Sequence record: PV806337.1
Length of the DNA stretch: 64,000 nt
Origin: a phage
Direction: 5' to 3' (one strand)
Below the pieces are notes generated by a model that saw only the letters and a list, made by a program, of their open reading frames with translations, was not told the origin of the DNA and made no database searches. The translations under genes were made by a program, and so were the position numbers. Positions 10,201 through 18,915 of this stretch are shown here, one piece after another (positions within the stretch are counted from its first letter, which is position 1; each line of letters opens with the position of its first letter).

Positions 10201-10222
10201 CAAAAAGCCCCATATAGGGGCT
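10201..10222 (-). terminator. rho-independent terminator
   Basis: Minus-strand AGCCCC-TATAT-GGGGCT followed by TTTTTG, just after stop of 10233-10529. Confidence 0.65.
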
Positions 10223-10232
10223 AATTGGTTTC

Positions 10233-10529
10233 TTATCGGCCTACTGGAGAAGCACGATCTAACTCTGATTGGAGGCTAGTCACACGACGGACTTTCTCGA
10301 CAGGAATAAAACGGAAGCTATCATTAGTACGAGAGAAGACAAGGATCTCATCATCTTTCGCTTTACGAATACGTTCACGTTTAATACGCTCAGCCAGATA
10401 TTTATCTTGGGCTGGATCAAATTCCATCGTACCCTGAAGGTACGTGGTTCCTTTCTGACGAAGTTTCTCGTAATGAAGATAAAACTCACCAAATTTTTCA
10501 CATTGTGCGATAATTTCAGCTTTGGTCAT
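10233..10529 (-). CDS. hypothetical protein (98 aa)
   Basis: Track ORF; followed by minus-strand terminator hairpin at 10201-10222. Confidence 0.5.
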   Translation of the reverse strand: MTKAEIIAQCEKFGEFYLHYEKLRQKGTTYLQGTMEFDPAQDKYLAERIKRERIRKAKDDEILVFSRTNDSFRFIPVEKVRRVTSLQSELDRASPVGR

Positions 10530-10565
10530 AACTGTGTTCCTTTTGTTGGTGGATTTATCTAAAAA

Positions 10566-10976
10566 TTACTTAGTGATAGCTCGGATTGCTTCTGCCAGAT
10601 GAGCAGCCGCTTTACCGGTCAGTTTGTCGATAATTGCATCATCCAGAAAATCTGGTGCTAGGCCAGCATCAGAGAATGCTGAACGAAGATCGGCATGAGC
10701 TTGGGCTTTGGAAGTGCGAGAACCACCAGAAGCTTTTTCTCCAGTAGATGCACTAGATTTAGAAGCAGAGCCAGCAGCTTTCTTGATATATACACCTGCT
10801 TTGGTCAACTTCATACGAAAACCGTTCGGAGTTACACCATTTTCCTGAGCAATTTCGCTAACAATTTCCATGCTAACACCCGGACGTTCATCCTCTGGGA
10901 ATTGCTCCATACGAGCAACGTATTCGGAAGACATTTTTTCGAACAGTTCATCAGTCCACTGAGTTGGAGTAGTCAT
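10566..10976 (-). CDS. hypothetical protein (136 aa), S/A/G-rich linker
   Basis: Track ORF; RBS AAGGAA; T5-type promoter upstream on minus strand. Confidence 0.5.
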   Translation of the reverse strand: MTTPTQWTDELFEKMSSEYVARMEQFPEDERPGVSMEIVSEIAQENGVTPNGFRMKLTKAGVYIKKAAGSASKSSASTGEKASGGSRTSKAQAHADLRSAFSDAGLAPDFLDDAIIDKLTGKAAAHLAEAIRAITK

Positions 10977-11033
10977 ATTTTATATTTCCTTAATTAAGAA
11001 TTAAACAGAATAGTTCTTTCAAACTATGAGAAT

Positions 11034-11062
11034 ATTATATCAAGAATTATAGGATTAAGCAA
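11034..11062 (-). promoter_or_regulatory. T5-type promoter
   Basis: -35 TTGCTT, 17 bp, -10 TATAAT on minus strand upstream of 10566-10976. Confidence 0.65.
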
Positions 11063-11079
11063 CTGAAATTTTTCTGTAG

Positions 11080-11355
11080 TTACTCCACCAGGCCAACAGC
11101 AAGCATATCATCAATGCTGGCAATCTCCCAATCGTCAGCAATAGCTTCGCATACTGTTAACGTAACAACCTCACTATAGGGATAATTACCAGCTACCCAG
11201 GTATGTTGGGTAACTACATCTGAGTCAGCGTCTAAAGTTAGTAACACTAAGCCATTATTGTCATTATCCCAGCTTCTACGATATAGAGTTTTTACTTCCC
11301 CATCTTTAAGCAAATCTGTTAGCTTACTCACGGCGTTTTCCTTTTTCTTTATCAA
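11080..11355 (-). CDS. hypothetical protein (91 aa)
   Basis: Track ORF overlapping stop of upstream gene. Confidence 0.5.
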   Translation of the reverse strand: MIKKKENAVSKLTDLLKDGEVKTLYRRSWDNDNNGLVLLTLDADSDVVTQHTWVAGNYPYSEVVTLTVCEAIADDWEIASIDDMLAVGLVE

Positions 11356-12028
11356 GTTTCAGGGCAGCCTTAACAGCTTCGTTAATCAACGTAATAATTT
11401 CTTCACGAGTCCACTTATATCCTAGAGATTTTACGTCTACCCCTAACTTTTCCAGATGTTTAACAGAAGCCAGCTCGTAATTCATATAATGAACGTTCTG
11501 TTGTTTGCCTTCTGATAGAAGCCATACACGGTAACAACCAACAGGGTTATCCATTGCTTTTTTGATTTCACCGATACACTGGTATCCAGGAACCCAAACA
11601 AGCTCACCAACTGCAAATTCTTCTGCTACAGCATCATCAGGAATAATTGGAGGATTCAATGGATCTACAATATCATTCAAACGAAGCAGAGCACCATATC
11701 GTTCCAGAACAGATTTAACCATTGCTACAGAGCGGTAATTACGATCGGCAATCTCTTCGAAAGAATCACCAGATAAATACTGCTCAATAACGTTAGCTAA
11801 CTCAATGCCTTCAATGAGTGTGCCACGTTTCTTTTTCTTCATTTCGGCAACTTGAATCTGGCGGTCTTGCCACTCCTCAATCATCCTTTCCATAGTTGGA
11901 TTGGATGATACGCCGAGCATTTCACATGCTGCTTTCTTGGTACCACCGTTCTCCAGATGCTCTATAACCTTTTTAAAGACTTCATCTGGGATTTCATGGA
12001 TATGTTTCTTTCTACGAGAACCGGCCAT
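11324..12028 (-). CDS. hypothetical protein with HTH-like segment (234 aa); first gene after PN25-type promoter
   Basis: RBS GAGAGAGGAG and ATG at 12028 immediately downstream of PN25-like promoter; possible HTH KKAACEMLGVSSNPTMERM. Confidence 0.6.
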   Translation of the reverse strand: MAGSRRKKHIHEIPDEVFKKVIEHLENGGTKKAACEMLGVSSNPTMERMIEEWQDRQIQVAEMKKKKRGTLIEGIELANVIEQYLSGDSFEEIADRNYRSVAMVKSVLERYGALLRLNDIVDPLNPPIIPDDAVAEEFAVGELVWVPGYQCIGEIKKAMDNPVGCYRVWLLSEGKQQNVHYMNYELASVKHLEKLGVDVKSLGYKWTREEIITLINEAVKAALKLDKEKGKRRE

Positions 12029-12059
12029 ATTTAAACTCCTCTCTCAAATTTATGAATCT

Positions 12060-12088
12060 ATTATACAGAAAAATTTTCCTGAAAGCAA
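12060..12088 (-). promoter_or_regulatory. T5 early promoter, PN25-type
   Basis: Reverse complement reads AAAAATTTATTTGCTTTCAGGAAAATTTTTCTGTATAATAGATTCATAAATTTGAGAGAGGAGTT; -35 TTGCTT, 17-bp spacer, -10 TATAAT. Confidence 0.85.
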
Positions 12089-12096
12089 ATAAATTT

Positions 12097-12339
12097 TTAC
12101 GATTCCTTGAGCAAAGAAGCAAGTTCAGCATAGACTTTATCTAACTCAAAGCCTATGCGAAGAGACACGTTAGTTTTCCGTTGTTTAAGTAACCACTCGG
12201 ATATGTTAGGGATGCCAGCTAATCTATGTGGTACCACCCTACATAACTTTTCCGAAGTGTCGTAAACAGGAACTTTACGTTCTTTTACTGGGAACTTCCT
12301 TATTTCCCATTTTTTATTCTTCACTGTCATTTCTAGCAC
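12097..12339 (-). CDS. hypothetical protein (80 aa)
   Basis: Track ORF; no motif. Confidence 0.45.
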   Translation of the reverse strand: MLEMTVKNKKWEIRKFPVKERKVPVYDTSEKLCRVVPHRLAGIPNISEWLLKQRKTNVSLRIGFELDKVYAELASLLKES

Positions 12340-15103
12340 CTAGTTCTGCCATTGCTTCATCATGCATATGTTTCTCCTCATCAGTCATAAACTTATATGG
12401 GATTGGCATACACTCGATTTTACAATAGGTTCTGTACCAGTCTACAATATTCTCCGTGTTCATATCCTTACCAATACCCATCATACCAAGATACATTCTT
12501 GCATATTTAGGGTTAGCACTCTGACCTGTTTTAAGGAAGAAATCTTTCTTCTTACCTTTCAGAGCTTCTATGAATGGTTTGATAGTGACGTTTGAACACT
12601 TCTTAATATCTTCCCAGAACATCTCGTGCATCTTATGGAAGAATGCAGCCCGATCATTAGGTTTATCCTTGATATATTGTTCAACATGCTCAACTGTTAC
12701 ATCTTTAATAGACTCAAGATGGTAATAGCGAACAAGAAGTAGTTTAGCTTCATACGCATCTGCATGTCGTGGAGCACAATAATCAGGAGTTGAATACAAA
12801 ATGGCTTTGATTCGCTCTTCTGTATACTCTTTACCTGCACCTTCGATAGTTCCCCAGCTTTCACTGAAAATATCAATAGTTGCACCCTGATCAAGCAAGT
12901 AATAACGTAAAGTACTAGTATAGTTCCTAGACTCCAGCTCCCTGCGACGTGCGTATAATTGCTGTGCTAACTCCAGCCAACCTTCATCAATGTTATATTG
13001 TTCAGAACCTGCGGAGAATCCACTCGTAGATTTATCAATAAAATAATAAATGTTCTGAGCACCACGGTCGCGCCTGATTGCTTGGAAACGCATGTTTGGC
13101 GCCTGGTTACTAGTTCTAGTAATAACAAATACGTTATCAAAATAGTTGAAGTCAACTCCACTCGTTACGGATGGACTACATAATAAGCAATCAATTTGTT
13201 GGTCAATTAGCTCATTAGTTGTATAATCCAGAATACGTCTAATATCCACATCAGATGTAGAGTTTGAGTGGATTTCCTTAACTAACGCACCCGTATTACG
13301 ACGCAATGCCATGCCCTTCTCATTCAGTTCATCTGGCCCACAGTCAGATACTAGGATAGATTTCTCACCCATCTCTAGAGAAGTCTGAAGTGCAACCCAA
13401 ATACTGGATTCATCAGGGAACTCATAAGCATGAGCTTTTGATAGCATTTTACGGTGATGATTATAAAATGCAACCGGTTTATCAAACTCAATCAAAGAAC
13501 CATATGCTTCAATTGTTTCTGCACTAATATCCCCATCAGATAATATAATGATTTTTGCAGTTGCAAGAATATCCCGAAGAACCTGAATACATTCACGACG
13601 TTGTTTAACAACCGGGGCGAATAATAGGTCGTTCATTACTGCATCACATTCATCGATAAAGATTGCATCAATTTGACCAATAAAACTCTTGAACTTATGC
13701 AAAGAGTGAATAGTTGTGGACATACGGTCAATAGCACCACGCTTAAAATTAAGCATATCTACAGACTTATCGTATTGTCCTGCACTAAATTTCTTAGCAT
13801 TTGAAGATACCAGTGCTCTAGTATTGGTAATTGCTAAAAAATTACCTTTAATAACTCCTGAATCTAACCAACGCACAACCGCCGTGGTTTTACCTGTGCC
13901 TAAACTCGCTTTTACAAAAGTCATATAACCTTCTGGTGGCACAGTATTTAGTTTCAAGAAATTATCAGTTTCTAGAGAATTAGTTTCTAGCTTTTTAAGT
14001 GGAATACCTTTTAAAATATCGGGTATATCGCGTTTAGAATTATTAACAAACGCTTTCAGAGCCTGCTTACGACCGTTATTAAAATAATCTTGAATATTAC
14101 GACTGTTATCTTTAGTTGCGATATATTCTGATAAGGCTGGACGGATTTCTTTTTCTAGCCATGCAAAATCAACACCATCCTCTAATGCTCTATGGTATAG
14201 TTTGGGGATAATACGCAAGTACACCCCATCCTCAGCTTCTTCTAGTTCGCTGATAGTTTCCTCTACTTTATCAGAGGCAGCTTTTTTACCTTTAATTTGA
14301 TCGAGTAAAGAGTAAAACTCCTCCTTAAACTCACCTCTAGTTGTTTCATAGTCAACCAGATTATTTGGTAAATTTACTTTAGAACCTTTAACAAATACCA
14401 GACGTGAAGCACCCTCCGCTTTAAACGGATCTACTATACCATCGGTAAATAACGGATCTGCAAAATAATGGAGCTGTACGGAAGAGTAATAAGCTAAGTC
14501 GGCAATATCAAAGCCGTACTTTTGTCTACTACTTTCATTGATAGATGTAAATAAGAATTTGATTTGACCCTGAGTTACTTTAACATTAGATTCTAGTATT
14601 AAGTGCATTCGGATACCTGGTTTTAGCCCAGCCGAAGACGATGCATGAGCGATAAACCCTGCATCAAGAGGAAACATATCCTCACTAATACTATTTAACA
14701 TCCTAATAATATGTCGAGCCATGCCAACAAGATCAAACTTGTTACAACCACCTGTATCTACAATACCATCCACGTCCATTGCAATTATATGACTTGGGTT
14801 AGATACATTAAAGTTGCCCTTCTTACGTCGCACATTATTTTTAGGTGCAAGACATCGACCTCGTACCGCAACGATATGAGGGTCAGACGTTAAACGTCTC
14901 ATAAGAGGAAGCATTTCTACTAGGGTTTGAGGATCAACTTCATCAATTACATCAAACTTGAAGGGCATTGAGGCTGGTTTACCTTCAGGATGCTTTGAGG
15001 AAAATCTTTTAGCAAAAAGATAGTCTTCTGCTTTAACTTCTCGCCAATTGCCTGTGGCTAAATCGCGATGAAATCCTGCATGACCTTGTAGGATTGAGAA
15101 CAC
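12314..15103 (-). CDS. large SF2 helicase / putative replication-origin-binding protein (T5 D2-like)
   Basis: Walker A ASLGTGKTT, Walker B IFIDECD; about 930 aa; track start 15181 is TTG, likely GTG at 15103 with AGGAG 7 nt upstream. Confidence 0.7.
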   Translation of the reverse strand: MFSILQGHAGFHRDLATGNWREVKAEDYLFAKRFSSKHPEGKPASMPFKFDVIDEVDPQTLVEMLPLMRRLTSDPHIVAVRGRCLAPKNNVRRKKGNFNVSNPSHIIAMDVDGIVDTGGCNKFDLVGMARHIIRMLNSISEDMFPLDAGFIAHASSSAGLKPGIRMHLILESNVKVTQGQIKFLFTSINESSRQKYGFDIADLAYYSSVQLHYFADPLFTDGIVDPFKAEGASRLVFVKGSKVNLPNNLVDYETTRGEFKEEFYSLLDQIKGKKAASDKVEETISELEEAEDGVYLRIIPKLYHRALEDGVDFAWLEKEIRPALSEYIATKDNSRNIQDYFNNGRKQALKAFVNNSKRDIPDILKGIPLKKLETNSLETDNFLKLNTVPPEGYMTFVKASLGTGKTTAVVRWLDSGVIKGNFLAITNTRALVSSNAKKFSAGQYDKSVDMLNFKRGAIDRMSTTIHSLHKFKSFIGQIDAIFIDECDAVMNDLLFAPVVKQRRECIQVLRDILATAKIIILSDGDISAETIEAYGSLIEFDKPVAFYNHHRKMLSKAHAYEFPDESSIWVALQTSLEMGEKSILVSDCGPDELNEKGMALRRNTGALVKEIHSNSTSDVDIRRILDYTTNELIDQQIDCLLCSPSVTSGVDFNYFDNVFVITRTSNQAPNMRFQAIRRDRGAQNIYYFIDKSTSGFSAGSEQYNIDEGWLELAQQLYARRRELESRNYTSTLRYYLLDQGATIDIFSESWGTIEGAGKEYTEERIKAILYSTPDYCAPRHADAYEAKLLLVRYYHLESIKDVTVEHVEQYIKDKPNDRAAFFHKMHEMFWEDIKKCSNVTIKPFIEALKGKKKDFFLKTGQSANPKYARMYLGMMGIGKDMNTENIVDWYRTYCKIECMPIPYKFMTDEEKHMHDEAMAELGARNDSEE

Positions 15104-15602
15104 AACAATACTCCTGTGTTGGAAATAAAATAAGTTTTCTTTAGGACTATTCAGAAAGAATAGAACAACTGTTACTGTCAATTTCTCAACAAATTAATCG
15201 CAAATACTGAAGTGGGGTGGCAACTTCCACTTTCACGCTGCGCTGCTGCTTTGCTATATCGCACAAATCCTTGAGGATGGCCGCTAAGCCAGATTTGCTC
15301 ACCTAATGCTTCATATACTAGCTCATACTAGATGCAATATAACTTACAGAATCACGTCTCGGAGTTTTTCACTCCTCCCATCTCACTTCACAACCACCTC
15401 ATACTAGGTTGCTTCGAGGCCTTACCAGGGTTCCTATGGGACGCAGATCGCTAAGTATTCTATTAACTATTTGTTTAAAAACTAACACGTAACAGTTAAA
15501 ACAACCCTTAATGGGGCAGCCTAACTGTTCCGTATCGCGGATTGTAAACAAGAAAAATTAGCAAAATCAATTTTTACTAATGTCTCTCAATTCAATATAA
15601 AT

Positions 15603-15631
15603 ATTATATCAAGATTTTGGGCATCCTGCAA
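15603..15631 (-). promoter_or_regulatory. promoter heading a roughly 500-nt leader before the D2-like gene
   Basis: -35 TTGCAG, 17 bp, -10 TATAAT on minus strand; no ORF for about 500 nt downstream. Confidence 0.5.
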
Positions 15632-15722
15632 GTAAAATTTTCCGGATGGTGCTATCATTGGTCTTGAGTACGGATAAAACCGAGCCAAAATGACTCGGTA
15701 ATCAGAGTTCAGCTAATAAAAA

Positions 15723-16115
15723 TCATTCATCATTTAAGCCTGGAACATAAATCCCAACACGGTTTAATTGTTCTTTAGCTTCTTTGAGAATATCTGGAGT
15801 GTACTCCCAAATATCATCTTCCACCTGTAAAAGATGGGGCGAACAACCATCATCCGACACACGACATATGGCCAAACCACGTGGGTGGAACAAAGAGAAA
15901 TTTAGGGCAACAATTAAACCCATAGCAGACAACTCATTCCAATCCAACTCCCATTCCCCCGCGTAGCCGGATAGGAAAACACCAACACAGGGATCATCTA
16001 TTTGCTGCTCCGGAAAAGTGAAGGAGGCTTGTCTTACCCCCAACCAACGTTGTAGCAGCTTCTCCGCACGTTTCACCAAACTAGGATCAATCTGACGCCA
16101 ATATACTTGTTCCAT
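15723..16115 (-). CDS. hypothetical protein (130 aa), paralog of 16125-16553
   Basis: Shares blocks with neighbour (PCVGVFLSG, MGLIVALNFSLFHP, RVGIYVPGLN vs PCIGLIVQV, MGLVFALNYKLFMP, RFGYMIPGLT). Confidence 0.5.
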   Translation of the reverse strand: MEQVYWRQIDPSLVKRAEKLLQRWLGVRQASFTFPEQQIDDPCVGVFLSGYAGEWELDWNELSAMGLIVALNFSLFHPRGLAICRVSDDGCSPHLLQVEDDIWEYTPDILKEAKEQLNRVGIYVPGLNDE

Positions 16116-16124
16116 TCTGCCTCC

Positions 16125-16553
16125 TTAAGCAGTTAAACCTGGGATCATATACCCGAAACGTCGAAGTTTCTGAATCCCCTCATTTACTTCTTCCGGTGAG
16201 TAAGACCAACCATAACGTTCATTAACCTGAAAACCAGGAGATTCACTAGTTTTATAGTTAACAACAAGGCGATGCTTAGCAGGCATAAACAGCTTATAAT
16301 TTAACGCAAAAACTAAGCCCATTTCGTCTAACTCTTTCCAGCCCACAATCTCTTCAAGACCATCCTCTACCTGCACAATTAAACCAATACAGGGGGCCTC
16401 ATCAATATCATCTTTAAAAGCAAAGGAGATTTCGTTATTCTCACACCATATTTTCAAGGAGTTAATAGCCTCATTATACAGGCTAGCCGGTAGAGTACGC
16501 CAAAAGTTAACCAAAATTGGGTTAGCTTCTTTAGAGAATACATTATTGAACAT
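16125..16553 (-). CDS. hypothetical protein (142 aa), paralog of 15723-16115
   Basis: Same motif blocks as neighbour; tandem duplication. Confidence 0.5.
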   Translation of the reverse strand: MFNNVFSKEANPILVNFWRTLPASLYNEAINSLKIWCENNEISFAFKDDIDEAPCIGLIVQVEDGLEEIVGWKELDEMGLVFALNYKLFMPAKHRLVVNYKTSESPGFQVNERYGWSYSPEEVNEGIQKLRRFGYMIPGLTA

Positions 16554-16555
16554 AT

Positions 16556-17062
16556 TTACACCTTAAATTGTTGTAGGGCTTTACACATTTCAAGATCTGG
16601 ACTAAATTCTAGCATATAGCTAACAGCCATTAAATCTTGAAGATTTATTCCAGTTCTACCGTTGACTATAACCGTTGGATACTGGTACATCATAGCACCA
16701 GCGTCATCCAGAACACACCAATGTTTGAGCTTATGCTTTTCAACGAAGCGAAGAACAGAATTACCCCTAGATAATCCACCCCCAGTAAAATCCGTTGTAC
16801 CAAGAAAACGATCGATAAGACCTAATCCGGTCATAATCTGAACGTTCTCCATCTCATTCCTGACAGAGAACCATGAGGATACTCCAACAATCATTATCGG
16901 AGAAGGACGAATAAAGTCCTGAAAAGCCTTGAGAAGCGGTTTGAAAACCCAATCACTTCCAAAGAAAATCTTTTCGTCATCAGGTGCATGATGGTGGGAG
17001 ATGCTCGAATTGAGCACCCCATCAATATCTAGAAAAATAATTGGAGTATTACTTATTTCCAT
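16556..17062 (-). CDS. HAD-superfamily phosphatase-like protein (168 aa)
   Basis: HAD motif I IIFLDIDGVLNS and motif IV-like VLDDAG. Confidence 0.6.
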   Translation of the reverse strand: MEISNTPIIFLDIDGVLNSSISHHHAPDDEKIFFGSDWVFKPLLKAFQDFIRPSPIMIVGVSSWFSVRNEMENVQIMTGLGLIDRFLGTTDFTGGGLSRGNSVLRFVEKHKLKHWCVLDDAGAMMYQYPTVIVNGRTGINLQDLMAVSYMLEFSPDLEMCKALQQFKV

Positions 17063-17258
17063 TTTTGTTCCTTTCTAAGAACCTATCATACTCAACCGTA
17101 TCAACATATATAACACCATAGTCATCGGATTTATAGTCCATCTCCCACAGCTCACAGCGATAGCACCAACTACCATCCGCCCATACAAATATATCATCGG
17201 GGTGTGTATACACAGATTTAACTATGGACATACCTGTTTCCCTTGCTTCTCGACACAT
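17049..17258 (-). CDS. hypothetical protein (69 aa), Cys/Trp-rich
   Basis: Track ORF overlapping both neighbours. Confidence 0.4.
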   Translation of the reverse strand: MCREARETGMSIVKSVYTHPDDIFVWADGSWCYRCELWEMDYKSDDYGVIYVDTVEYDRFLERNKNGNK

Positions 17259-18054
17259 AAGGTCTACCCTCTAAATGAGCTTCTACACGAGCAATAAAAT
17301 CAGGATCACTAAAAGCATCTACCGCACCTTTACTCCAGTAAGGGACACCACGTTCTTCCAGCTGGTACATCTCACTACGAGTCATACCTTGATAGCCCGG
17401 TTCCGCCGCGAGGGCACTATCATAGTAGTTAACTACCATAAATTTCGCAGCAGTCCTATTAAGAACAGGAAATAATTCCCAGTAGAAGTTAATTACTTGG
17501 TTAGAGCAACCAACCACAATGATCATATCTTGACTGGTAATACCATCAAAAACATTATACATTTCTGCGTATGCAGGAGCATGCTCTCCAAAGAAGATTA
17601 CATTAGGTTTAACCCATTTATAATCATCTGGATCAATAGAATTGTATCCTACATCAATAATCCGTTTATTGCTACTATTGTAGCTATCAGCTACAACAAC
17701 CTCTTTTAAATATCCGTGAATATGCAGAATGTCACTATGTGGAACGCCAGCACGCTCAATAAGGTCATCAACGTTGGTAGTCAAGTTTACTACTTGACCT
17801 GGATATTGTTTATACCATTCACCAATACGCAAATGCGCAAGATTGGGTTCAACAGTTTTTAGCTCTTCACGACGCTTGTTGTAAAACATATGGGTTTTAT
17901 GATAAAAATTACCACGAAAGGCATGAATATTACATACTTCTTCTAGATCATAGTCATCCCACAATGCTTTACCACTAGCAGTATCAGTACGGAAGGCTCG
18001 TACACCACTTTCAACACTCAAACCCGCACCACTAATAATAATTAATCTACGCAT
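17218..18054 (-). CDS. Sir2-family (sirtuin-like) NAD-binding protein lacking the zinc ribbon
   Basis: Sirtuin motifs ISGAGLSVESGVRAFR, TTNVDDLIERAG, HIHGYL, KPNVIFFGE, IIVVGCS; no CxxC...CxxC zinc module. Confidence 0.65.
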   Translation of the reverse strand: MRRLIIISGAGLSVESGVRAFRTDTASGKALWDDYDLEEVCNIHAFRGNFYHKTHMFYNKRREELKTVEPNLAHLRIGEWYKQYPGQVVNLTTNVDDLIERAGVPHSDILHIHGYLKEVVVADSYNSSNKRIIDVGYNSIDPDDYKWVKPNVIFFGEHAPAYAEMYNVFDGITSQDMIIVVGCSNQVINFYWELFPVLNRTAAKFMVVNYYDSALAAEPGYQGMTRSEMYQLEERGVPYWSKGAVDAFSDPDFIARVEAHLEGRPYVSRSKGNRYVHS

Positions 18055-18268
18055 TTTTCACCTGTTCTCTGAAGTTTTGCCCAATACTGTCTAATAGCTC
18101 AGCTAATTCTTTATTGCCTTTCTCCATTAAGGTATTAGCAATAACTTCTAGCATAGTAGCGCAGGATTCAACACCATCCTTATAGCCAGTTTCCCACTGC
18201 TGCATTAATGCATTTTCCAAAGCGGAGTTTAAACCCTTATCTGGTAGCATCGGCTTCGAGAATGCCAT
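18047..18268 (-). CDS. hypothetical protein (73 aa)
   Basis: Track ORF in overlapping operon. Confidence 0.45.
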   Translation of the reverse strand: MAFSKPMLPDKGLNSALENALMQQWETGYKDGVESCATMLEVIANTLMEKGNKELAELLDSIGQNFREQVKNA

Positions 18269-18461
18269 AAAGTTTCTCCTCTAGTTCCATAACACGATTT
18301 TCATAAGAGGCACGCAACTTTTCAATTGCCAGTGCACGCACTGTAACCTCATTAGAGTTAATAGCTAATTGGGCCAGATCTTCTGTTTCCATACGTCCGT
18401 TGTAAATTAATCGATATTTAAGGTGTTTCACATTCTTAGTCATTATTAAACTCCACTGCAA
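18237..18461 (-). CDS. hypothetical protein (74 aa)
   Basis: Track ORF in overlapping operon. Confidence 0.45.
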   Translation of the reverse strand: MQWSLIMTKNVKHLKYRLIYNGRMETEDLAQLAINSNEVTVRALAIEKLRASYENRVMELEEKLYGILEADATR

Positions 18462-18816
18462 CTGTTTCTAGGTCTTCGTCAGAAAAACTAGAGTATACAT
18501 CTTTAAGATACTGTTTAATACTCCAAGTAATATCTTCGTACCCATTGGGGCTACGTTGGTATACTTTTAACACTCTATTATACACAAATTCAAGATTACA
18601 TTTTACTTCATCTCTGTCTTCATCAAACAAGCAATATGGGTTATAAGGCGATACATCTAGATTTGTTCCCACCCAATCGCCAATAATGGTAGGGTATCCA
18701 ACACCCTCTATATGCGAGTAATCACCTGTGGCAGCAAAGACAGCCTCAGCAATATCATCTACACCCAGATGGAAACTACCACATGTAGATTCAACTATAT
18801 AGGGCTTTAATTCCAT
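18436..18816 (-). CDS. hypothetical protein (126 aa)
   Basis: Track ORF; RBS GAGAGGAGAAAG; T5-type promoter upstream. Confidence 0.55.
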   Translation of the reverse strand: MELKPYIVESTCGSFHLGVDDIAEAVFAATGDYSHIEGVGYPTIIGDWVGTNLDVSPYNPYCLFDEDRDEVKCNLEFVYNRVLKVYQRSPNGYEDITWSIKQYLKDVYSSFSDEDLETVAVEFNND

Positions 18817-18844
18817 ATCTTTCTCCTCTCAAATTTATAAATCT

Positions 18845-18873
18845 ATTATATATAAATTTTTGGCTGAAAGCAA
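18845..18873 (-). promoter_or_regulatory. T5-type promoter for the 18816-15723 operon
   Basis: -35 TTGCTT, 17 bp, -10 TATAAT, then ATTTATAAATTTGAGAGGAGAAAG RBS region. Confidence 0.7.
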
Positions 18874-18915
18874 ATAAAATAAAAGCCAGGTCGACTAGCA
18901 ACCCGGCTGATTAGC

